Source: Prochlorococcus marinus str. MIT 9211 (lineage in GTDB: Bacteria > Cyanobacteriota > Cyanobacteriia > PCC-6307 > Cyanobiaceae). Taken from it: DNA of 24,000 nucleotides. The translations under genes were made by a program, and so were the position numbers. Positions within the stretch are counted from its first letter, which is position 1. Every line of letters begins with the position of its first letter. The notes under the pieces are model-generated. The model was not told where the DNA came from, searched no databases, and saw only the letters and a list, made by a program, of their open reading frames with translations. Below are positions 11,476-18,458 of this stretch, in pieces. The stretch covers positions 343,982 to 367,981 of the forward strand of contig NC_009976.1 in the NCBI RefSeq assembly GCF_000018585.1, written 5' to 3'.

Positions 11476-11850
11476 ATGCGTAGCGGCAGCATGAAGGACG
11501 AAGCAATCTCTTTTAAGGATCTAAGCAAAGCGCAATTGGATGCTCTTAAGGATCTCTATATTGATAGTCGTGTGGACTCAATGCCTGAGATTGAGCTCAG
11601 AAAGTTTGTAAAAGAAGTGCTTGATCTTCAAGTGAGAGGTACTGTTGGGAATGAGGAAGAAAGAGAAGTTTGGAAAGAAATGAAAGATCACTTTGAGGAA
11701 AACTTTGAGGAAAAAATCAAAGCAGTCATCAAAGATAAGGGATCAGAAGAAGTAGTCCTGCCTCCGGAGGAAGAAGAATTCAAAAAGAGACTTGAAGTAT
11801 TGGAGCAACGAAAGAAAGAAGACAGTGAGAAGAATGTTGATATGTGGTAA
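11476..11850 (+). CDS. highly acidic hypothetical protein (island-associated family, copy 1)
   Basis: 124 aa with ATG start. The C-terminal 71 aa (RGTVGNEEEREVWKEMKDHFEENFEEK...NVDMW) are 62/71 identical, by my count, to the ORF at 15063..15293. Confidence 0.65.
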   Translation: MRSGSMKDEAISFKDLSKAQLDALKDLYIDSRVDSMPEIELRKFVKEVLDLQVRGTVGNEEEREVWKEMKDHFEENFEEKIKAVIKDKGSEEVVLPPEEEEFKKRLEVLEQRKKEDSEKNVDMW

Positions 11851-11886
11851 GACCTTCCTACTGTGTGAATACATTTGAAAAATTAA

Positions 11887-12135
11887 TCACCCTCTATACC
11901 CCAGTGGGAATCAGTAGTAGAGCGTTATAGAACTGATTATTTTTATGAGAGTTATGAGTATGAGTATTCGAAAGGGAATAAAAGTTATGAGTGGAGCGAT
12001 CAATGTTTTCATAATCAGGAAGAATTATTAGAGTTCTTGGGATATGAAATGATAGAAGATTTAAATGCTGATGCTGTCTATGCCAGAAGAATAAAGAGCT
12101 TTACTGATGAGGATAAAAAAAGTTTATTGACTTAA
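11887..12135 (+). pseudogene. 83-codon open frame without a usable start codon (possible gene remnant)
   Basis: The frame is open from the TAA at 11884 to the TAA at 12133 (SPSIPQWESVVERYRTDYFYESYEYEYSKGNKSYEWSDQCFHNQEELLEFLGYEMIEDLNADAVYARRIKSFTDEDKKSLLT). There is no ATG/GTG/TTG in the first 52 codons. Confidence 0.3.
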
Positions 12136-12289
12136 GTAAGAATGGATATCAAATCAAAGTGATTGGGATTTGATTTTGTATAAAGCCAATGTTCACTTTT
12201 CATTAGCCAGTTGAAAGCCCTATGAAAATAGTCTCAATAAAAGATTTTTAAAAATATATTGAATTATAGTTTAAGAATAACCTTTACTT

Positions 12290-12391
12290 TTATAGATATA
12301 TCTTTAATAAATATCCAGTTGTTGAAAAGGATAGCCATGTAAAGGCGGTGATTGATAGTACAAAGAATACTATTTGATCTATAGCTTGCAT
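12290..12391 (-). CDS. 33-aa single-TM peptide downstream of the psbF-like gene
   Basis: ATG at 12391, sequence MQAIDQIVFFVLSITAFTWLSFSTTGYLLKIYL, stop at 12290. Starts 17 nt after the stop of the upstream ORF on the same strand. Too short for the ORF track. Confidence 0.4.
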   Translation of the reverse strand: MQAIDQIVFFVLSITAFTWLSFSTTGYLLKIYL

Positions 12392-12408
12392 CTTATTCAT
12401 AACTCTAT

Positions 12409-12711
12409 TTACCCTACAAAGAGTCCCCTTCTAATGAATTGCATTGCAAATATTGCTCCTAAAAAGAAAACAGTAGGAATCCCTAATGCATTTACAGCAA
12501 GAGTTCTTACAGTGAAGACTGGATACCCTCCACTAGGTCGATTGTTAGGGATGACACCGCTATCCTCCCAGTCTTGAATATTCTCAACATTTGGGAACCC
12601 AGGGAGAGTTTTGTTATCCCATTTCAATACTCCCCAAACAGAAAGCCATATTATGGTTGAAATTATTGAGATTAATATTGGCGAGATTACTAATAGAATT
12701 TTAAAAAGCAT
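12409..12711 (-). CDS. cytochrome b559 beta subunit (PsbF)-like protein with N-terminal TM extension, heme-ligand His replaced by Asn
   Basis: Residues 63-95, [33 protein letters not shown], align with my recollection of canonical cyanobacterial Psb[34 protein letters not shown]. The codon at 12490..12492 is AAT (Asn74) where PsbF has the axial His. An extra ~60 aa lie N-terminal, including a TM helix. Confidence 0.8.
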   Translation of the reverse strand: MLFKILLVISPILISIISTIIWLSVWGVLKWDNKTLPGFPNVENIQDWEDSGVIPNNRPSGGYPVFTVRTLAVNALGIPTVFFLGAIFAMQFIRRGLFVG

Positions 12712-12824
12712 CTGTAATTAATTAACTCATATTCAATATCTAGCATCAAGCCTTAATGCCTAATGCAAAGAAGTTATCAATTTAATGTTCTATTTCCTAC
12801 CAATAATTGTGTCCATGATTATTT

Positions 12825-13424
12825 TCATCCAAAGGGGCTTGTACCTTTCAAAGGTCCAACAAAGAGTATTTCCATGACAACACCAGTTATTGCAAAAGGT
12901 AAGACCCATATAGACAAGAAAAGTGGTCCAAAGAATCTTATGGGACTAGACCCTTTGAAGACTTTCTGACTAGCTGTAAAGATTGTCTCAGCTTTAGTAA
13001 TTGTATATTCTGTTTCTTGATAGGGCCTTACAGGGTTTGTAGAATTTACTATTTCTCTAAGTTTATTAATAGCAATAATAGGGAATGACCAAATTGCCAT
13101 AAAGCGAGGCCCTAGCCAATTTCTAGGATGAGGGAATGCAGCACTTTCTAAAGGCCTCTCGCTAGGGAATGCTGATTCTATGGATTTAACAACATCTTCA
13201 AAGTGAATAGAGCTTTGAGCTTCAATCTTTCCTTTGGCCAACATCTTATCTGATTGAACTGACACCTCTTCTTGTAAGTGAAGCACTTCATTATCTATAG
13301 AAGTCTCTTCAGAAGCCAAAGATATCGAGCTAAATGCGGCTTCTACAGATGACGGATCTTCCATTTCAGGTTGAATATTTTGAACAATATCTTTCCTCAG
13401 ATTTGATTCTTCCTTGCTGTCCAT
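12825..13424 (-). CDS. hypothetical membrane-associated protein (acidic N-terminus, hydrophobic C-terminal half); weak PsbE-like strings
   Basis: 199-aa ORF directly upstream of the psbF-like gene. The C-terminal TM is IRFFGPLFLSIWVLPFAITGVVMEILFV. By-eye resemblance only: RFMAIWSFPIIAI / FTASQKV versus PsbE RYWVIHSITIPALFIAG / FEAKQQV. Confidence 0.6.
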   Translation of the reverse strand: MDSKEESNLRKDIVQNIQPEMEDPSSVEAAFSSISLASEETSIDNEVLHLQEEVSVQSDKMLAKGKIEAQSSIHFEDVVKSIESAFPSERPLESAAFPHPRNWLGPRFMAIWSFPIIAINKLREIVNSTNPVRPYQETEYTITKAETIFTASQKVFKGSSPIRFFGPLFLSIWVLPFAITGVVMEILFVGPLKGTSPFG

Positions 13425-13583
13425 TTTTTTTGACCGGCATATTTTTCTAATCTATACCCTTTACTCATTACTAAGATATAAATAATTCTTTTCAGCGTAT
13501 CAATCTGACCATATACAGGTAACGTTTTGCCAGCCTATACGTAAACCTTCTTTTATATTGAATCCAAATCTAAGGTGAATTCA

Positions 13584-13739
13584 ATGCTAGTAAGTATTCT
13601 TGGGCTTATGCCATCTGAACTTGGTGTAAGTGGCTCAACTATTGACATAGTACTGACCTTTGCAACTGGCACTGTCATAGTATTGCCTCTGCTATTTGTT
13701 GTTCGTTCTAAAAAAGATTTTAGAAAGATAACTCTTTAA
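13584..13739 (+). CDS. 51-aa small membrane protein (hypothetical)
   Basis: ATG preceded by aaggtg 6 nt upstream. Sequence is MLVSILGLMPSELGVSGSTIDIVLTFATGTVIVLPLLFVVRSKKDFRKITL. Followed by a 6-bp hairpin, tgagct-N9-agctca, at 13743..13763. Confidence 0.35.
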   Translation: MLVSILGLMPSELGVSGSTIDIVLTFATGTVIVLPLLFVVRSKKDFRKITL

Positions 13740-13972
13740 TACTGAGCTTCTAAAAGGAGCTCAATATTGATAGCAAATATATTACTTGAGAATTTTATTA
13801 ATTCTTTCCTCTAGACTTGGCTAAAGATTTTTTGTGTATTCTGCTCTAAGAAATCAATCTGATTAGCGGACAATATATTCTGCTTTTCAAGAAGAATCCT
13901 TCTATGATTATTTATCTTCTCTTTAGAAGGGAGAGGAATACTGTTAAAGGCAATCTTTATTTCTCAAGGGAT

Positions 13973-14107
13973 CTATTTGTCTGTGCCTAGATATTGACTG
14001 GCTGATGAAACTGGCTGAACACAAAACTCACATTTAGTTATTAATGATGATTTGCTCCATTGAACAGGCGCTCCGCATCTTTGACAATTCTGAGGAAGAT
14101 TCTTCAC
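13973..14107 (-). CDS. 44-aa CxxC-x14-CxxC zinc-ribbon-like ORF (GTG start), in frame with the integrase stump
   Basis: VKNLPQNCQRCGAPVQWSKSSLITKCEFCVQPVSSASQYLGTDK. Separated from the int stump only by one in-frame TAA (14108..14110). Very short and speculative. Confidence 0.2.
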   Translation of the reverse strand: MKNLPQNCQRCGAPVQWSKSSLITKCEFCVQPVSSASQYLGTDK

Positions 14108-14233
14108 TTAGGTTCTCTCACTCCATTCACATTGATTTGCATATCTTTCATGATTTACCCCATTGGGACTTAGATATTGCTTCTTTCTAATGAGTGCTTG
14201 CCAGCCTTTGCCGCTTCTTCGAATGGTTGCCAT
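14108..14233 (-). pseudogene. truncated tyrosine-integrase gene (41 codons)
   Basis: The first 61 nt (14173..14233) are identical to the 5' end of the intact int at 17541..17601 (MATIRRSGKGWQALIRKKQY). It then diverges (LSPNGVNHERYANQCEWSERT*) and stops. Confidence 0.75.
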
Positions 14234-14284
14234 TTCTTGAATTGCATCAGGTCAGATGCATCAAGCAAGAATGATCAACAGAGC

Positions 14285-14316
14285 AAAAGTGGACTAAAAA
14301 GTGGACGTCCACTTTC
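14285..14316. promoter_or_regulatory. candidate recombinase/regulator binding cluster: AAAAGTGGAC x2 direct + inverted copy forming palindrome AAGTGGAC|GTCCACTT
   Basis: Copies at 14285..14294 and 14297..14306 (direct) and 14307..14316 (inverted). The perfect 16-bp palindrome is at 14299..14314. It lies between tRNA-Thr and the int start. Confidence 0.5.
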
Positions 14317-14373
14317 TGTCTTTAAGAACCTCTGGTGCCTGAGAGGCTTTCTTTTAGAAGAGATCAGGGCTCA

Positions 14374-14445
<72 letters not shown>

Positions 14446-14910
14446 TTGTGGAGAGGTGGGCCGGGTTTAGACCGCCTCTATAGCCTTGTCAGACAGCTCT
14501 GTGCTTGATACTGAGCCAACTTAGATCAAATCTTGAGTAAGACCAAATCTTTTTTAGGGAGTGCTGGGATCTGTCTTAAGTCCACTTTTATGTGGTTTTA
14601 GGCCACTGGATTGAGTGTGGGTTTTGTTGCTGAGATCGCTTTGATTGCAGTGCTTCTCGCTAACCCCACTATTATACAGGGGAAGAGAAGAGAGCGAGGT
14701 TGCACGTATATAGGAGGAGAGGAGATAAAAACTTAAGACAACAATTTCCTTTACTGATGTTCCGGTGAGCGAAGCGAACGAACATCACGAAAGCACTGTC
14801 TGTATCTCCCAAACACACAAACCCCAACACTCAATATCTAAAAGTTCAACCCTGATGATCTGAATGTCCCCTCATTGGACATTCCGTATCATCCCTGTTG
14901 AGACTGTATG

Positions 14911-14950
14911 GATAGATAGATAGATAGATAGTTAGATAGTTAGTTAATTA
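14911..14950. repeat. tetranucleotide microsatellite (GATA)5 degenerating into GTTA/GATA/GTTA/GTTA/ATTA
   Basis: gatagatagatagatagatagttagatagttagttaatta, ending 12 nt upstream of the ATG at 14963. Confidence 0.9.
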
Positions 14951-14962
14951 ATTCATAGTCAA

Positions 14963-15293
14963 ATGAGAACTCCAAAGCATCTACCAAAAATCAATACACA
15001 GACAGCTCCAATACCAGACTCAGCTAAACCCTTAACTCCCGAAAGAGCTAAGGAAATTATTGATGAGGTTTGGAGTAAGAGGAACTGTTGGGAATGAGGA
15101 AGAGAGAGAAGTTTGGAAAGAAATGAAAGGGCACTTTGAGGAAAACTTTGAGGAAAAAATCAAAGCAGTCATCAAAGCGAAGGGATCAGAAGAAGTAGTC
15201 ATCCCTCCGGAGGAAGAAGAGTTCAAAAAGGCACTTGAAGTATTGGAGCAAGGAAAGAAAGAAGAAAGTGAGACGAATATTGATATCTGGTAA
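14963..15293 (+). pseudogene. acidic island-associated protein, copy 2, split by a frameshift
   Basis: Frame 1 (14963..15097) encodes MRTPKHLPKINTQTAPIPDSAKPLTPERAKEIIDEVWSKRNCWE*. The second frame (ATG 15063..15293) encodes the conserved C-terminus RGTVGNEEEREVWKEMKGHFEENFEEK...NIDIW. Copy 1 reads through the equivalent point in one frame (KFVKEVLDLQVRGTVGNEEE). Confidence 0.6.
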
Positions 15294-15396
15294 GACTTTC
15301 TGAAATGAGATTACCTATAACCTAAAACTATTAGTCGTAACTATTTAAAGAACTAATTATGAGTGATAAGATAAAGCCAACAACAATAAAAAACCT

Positions 15397-16521
15397 TTGG
15401 AAATTCATTTTCCATCAGCTGATCAAATATATAAAGAAACATATACGAAATTAAAAGAAATAGAAGGATGGAAAGAATTCAATAATAAATGGGATTATGC
15501 CATTACAGAATATATCTCTGAGAATGGTCTACAAGGTTGGAGCCGTGAAACTTTAATAGTGCTTTGGTTTGATTACCAAATAAATAATCTCACTGAACTA
15601 TTTAAGGATGTGCATCCAAAGGAACCTGAGTATAATGATAATGAGGAGATTACAGTTCTTAATGTTCAACAAGTCAAAGAGGAAAGAGATAAGTATATTG
15701 AGAAGCTTAAAGACTGGAGTAAAAAATTAATAGAGATAGCTCCAATAGCTCTAGAAGAATTGCCAAAATGCGAAATATATGAAATTAGTATAATAGGCAT
15801 TCCAAGAATTGAATATTCTGGGGAGGATCCAGCGAAATTCATGAATATTGCTTATTCATATAAAGACGAAAAAAAGTGGGATTTAGCTATCGAATATTTA
15901 AACAAATCATATGATGCTTTCTTTAACTCTCCTCTTAAATATCCACTGAATTACTCTATATATGATTTTGTAAGATTACCTTTATATATGCATCATGCTG
16001 GTTACTTAGAGGAGTCTTGGGAGACATTTCAAAGATTTTTAGATGGTGATTTTCCAATTAGAATCCCAAAGAAAAATGGCCTTGAAAATGACATCATCAA
16101 ATCATGGGAGCGTAGGGTTATTTTTTCTAAGATGAAAAGTTGTTATATAAAAGAAAAGAAATATCGAGAAGCTCTTGTTTGTAGATGTCTTGACCTTTAC
16201 TTTGATATTGCGGGCTTATTTCTACTGGTAAGATTAGAGAAAGAAATTGGTAAAAGTGCGTATGATTATGAAGACTTTTCATTTCCTCTTCATTATATAA
16301 ATACACATAATTTTTACCCAGATCCAATAATATATGGTTTTAAAGAATGCTCTAAGAAATCAACGCTGGTGAAAAATCTTAAAACAAGAGCTCGAATGGC
16401 AAAGCTTAATGATGAAGTTGAGGTAATTGCTGAATTGATATCCGATGCAATTAAAATTTTGCCAGACTATAAATTAGGTGAGGAAATTATCATTAATAAC
16501 CTAAAAAAATTTCCTAAATAA
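15397..16521 (+). CDS. hypothetical protein (374 aa, very AT-rich cargo gene)
   Basis: Long clean ORF whose track start is TTG at 15397. An ATG at 15359 would join this frame if the A6 run at 15389..15394 were A7. No catalytic motif recognised. Helical-repeat-like segments are present (KKWDLAIEYLNKSYDAF; KKYREALVCRCLDLYFD). Confidence 0.6.
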   Translation: MEIHFPSADQIYKETYTKLKEIEGWKEFNNKWDYAITEYISENGLQGWSRETLIVLWFDYQINNLTELFKDVHPKEPEYNDNEEITVLNVQQVKEERDKYIEKLKDWSKKLIEIAPIALEELPKCEIYEISIIGIPRIEYSGEDPAKFMNIAYSYKDEKKWDLAIEYLNKSYDAFFNSPLKYPLNYSIYDFVRLPLYMHHAGYLEESWETFQRFLDGDFPIRIPKKNGLENDIIKSWERRVIFSKMKSCYIKEKKYREALVCRCLDLYFDIAGLFLLVRLEKEIGKSAYDYEDFSFPLHYINTHNFYPDPIIYGFKECSKKSTLVKNLKTRARMAKLNDEVEVIAELISDAIKILPDYKLGEEIIINNLKKFPK

Positions 16522-16617
16522 GTTCCATCACGTCTACAAAAAAAATAATTTCAAGGAAGGGATTTCAAATCTCCAGGGCCTATTTTTGAGCTTCTAGAAA
16601 TGAAAAATAAGAACACC

Positions 16618-17601
16618 TCATTTGCCCCCATACCCCAGTTGATAATGGCTATAGCGCATCAACATTCGTAGATCTTTATGCCCACTAATTGCTGATATTT
16701 GGAGGGCATTCATACCTTCAGCCCACATCTTGCTGATGGCGATATGGCGCAGGTCATGAAATCGGAGTTGATTCAATCCAGCAGCTTTTCTCGCTCGATC
16801 AAATCCGTGACGTGCAGAACCAGAGCTCAGTCCAATGATGTGTTGTTGCTCTTTTGGATATTGAGCGAGGAGCTCAACGGCTTGTGGAGATAGTGGTACT
16901 AAGCGTTCACTCCTTTGCATTCCCTGGGCGGCGCAATCTTTTCTTGTTAGGCAAACAAGTCTTAGATCGAGGTCTAAATCATCCCATTTCATTGAAAGTA
17001 GTTCAGAGCGTCGCATTCCAGTTGCTAGTGCCAGCTGCGTTAAGCGCAGATGATTGGGATTTTTGGCTTGAGCTAATTGCTGGAGTAAATCTTGCTCTTG
17101 TTGTTTGGTGAGATGAGGAATTCTGGCGTCATGGGTCCCTCTGACTTTGAGTTCCCGTGCAGGGTTGCTCTTGAGCAGGCATCCTTGTTCATCTTTGGCC
17201 CAATCGAGCAGAACCCGCAAGATCCTGAGTTCTCTCATCACTGTGTTGGGTTTGACTTTGAGCAGTCGTTCGTCTCTCCAAAGAGCAAAATGCCGGATTG
17301 ACATTTCACTAAGCAGAACACCTCCCATCCAGCTATTAGCCATTGCTCTTAAGGGATATTGTTCGTTATGACCACTGCGGTGTTTTTGCAGTGGCCCATC
17401 GATATACAGGTCAATAGCCTCTTTGAGAATTTGCGGTGGCGGCTGGTCTAATTGGGTTGGCCTTTTGAGAGACCCTTCAACAGCATTCGCCCACAACTGC
17501 GCTTGGCTTTTTGAGCTAAATGTTTTGGCTTTTGGTCCTTGATATTGCTTCTTTCTAATGAGTGCTTGCCAGCCTTTGCCGCTTCTTCGAATGGTTGCCA
17601 T
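16618..17601 (-). CDS. int: tyrosine recombinase / phage-type integrase
   Basis: 327 aa. Catalytic signature is readable: ATGMRRSELLSMKWDDL (Arg), RFHDLRH (His-x-x-Arg), ISGH, and MRYSHY (Tyr nucleophile). Lies immediately downstream of tRNA-Thr on the same strand. Confidence 0.9.
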   Translation of the reverse strand: MATIRRSGKGWQALIRKKQYQGPKAKTFSSKSQAQLWANAVEGSLKRPTQLDQPPPQILKEAIDLYIDGPLQKHRSGHNEQYPLRAMANSWMGGVLLSEMSIRHFALWRDERLLKVKPNTVMRELRILRVLLDWAKDEQGCLLKSNPARELKVRGTHDARIPHLTKQQEQDLLQQLAQAKNPNHLRLTQLALATGMRRSELLSMKWDDLDLDLRLVCLTRKDCAAQGMQRSERLVPLSPQAVELLAQYPKEQQHIIGLSSGSARHGFDRARKAAGLNQLRFHDLRHIAISKMWAEGMNALQISAISGHKDLRMLMRYSHYQLGYGGK

Positions 17602-17652
17602 TTCTTGAATTGCATCAGGTCAGATGCATCAAGCAAGAATGATCAACAGAGC

Positions 17653-17684
17653 AAAAGTGGACTAAAAAGTGGACGTCCACTTTC
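17653..17684. promoter_or_regulatory. AAAAGTGGAC repeat/palindrome cluster in the int leader (copy B)
   Basis: Same sequence as 14285..14316. There is also a TGCATCA-N7-TGCATCA direct repeat at 17611..17631, just upstream of the int start codon. Confidence 0.5.
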
Positions 17685-17741
17685 TGTCTTTAAGAACCTC
17701 TGGTGCCTGAGAGGCTTTCTTTTAGAAGAGATCAGGGCTCA

Positions 17742-17813
<72 letters not shown>

Positions 17814-17822
17814 TTGTGGAGG

Positions 17823-17904
17823 TGGGCCGGGTTGGATTTGAACCAACGTAGGCAGAGCCAGCGGATTTACAGTCCGCCCCCATTAACCACTCGGGCACCG
17901 ACCC
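17823..17904 (-). tRNA. tRNA-Tyr (anticodon GTA)
   Basis: 82 nt. Acceptor GGGTCGG/CCGGCCC, anticodon arm GCGGA-CTGTAAA-TCCGC, long variable arm, T-arm GTTGG-TTCAAAT-CCAAC. Confidence 0.92.
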
Positions 17905-18011
17905 GCACCACTCAAGGAGAATATCAGCTTAAGCGTCGAAATTTCTCTAATCTATAGTGCATTTTCCTGATAAATAGATACGATTTTCAAAGGAATCTTC
18001 GGTTTAGGGCT

Positions 18012-18458
18012 ATGAATCTATTGCTTTTAAACGGCCCAAACCTCAATCTTTTAGGTAAGCGTGAGCCCTCTATTTATGGCTCTCAAAGCCTTGAATCTAT
18101 TGAAATTAGTCTTTCGCAGAGAGCAAAGGAAGAAGGAGTTGGCCTTGAATGCTTTCAAAGCAATTCCGAAGGAACTCTTGTTGATTATATTCATCAGAGT
18201 ATTGGGAAAGTCGATGCGATTTTGATTAATGCAGGAGCCTATACCCATACTTCAATAGCCTTGAGAGACGCTTTGCTTAGTGCGGAGATTCCTTATGTCG
18301 AGCTTCACCTTAGTAATACTTATGCTAGAGAGACTTTTCGACAAAAATCTTTGTTGGCTGATAGAGCCATTGGAGTAGTCAGTGGGTTTGGAGTTATGAG
18401 CTATCAACTTGCCTTTCAAGGTATTTTGGATTACCTGAGGAATAGGTCAAAAGAATAA
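18012..18458 (+). CDS. aroQ: 3-dehydroquinate dehydratase, type II
   Basis: 148 aa. [20 protein letters not shown] and [16 protein letters not shown] motifs, with the HLSN segment. Confidence 0.9.
   Translation: MNLLLLNGPNLNLLGKREPSIYGSQSLESIEISLSQRAKEEGVGLECFQSNSEGTLVDYIHQSIGKVDAILINAGAYTHTSIALRDALLSAEIPYVELHLSNTYARETFRQKSLLADRAIGVVSGFGVMSYQLAFQGILDYLRNRSKE

Noticed and set aside
16545-16585. tRNA T-arm-like or terminator-like string ggaagggatttcaaatctccagggcc between the 374-aa gene and int
   Set aside because: The stems do not pair properly (mismatches or a bulge, and a loop too small), and it does not match either tRNA in the att repeat.
16699-17636. Several 62-85-aa ORFs overlapping int, most antisense and one (17448..17636) same-strand in another frame (16699.., 16854.., 17092.., 17147.., 17448..17636)
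   Set aside because: The integrase frame carries a complete tyrosine-recombinase signature. The higher GC of this gene makes long spurious frames on either strand likely.
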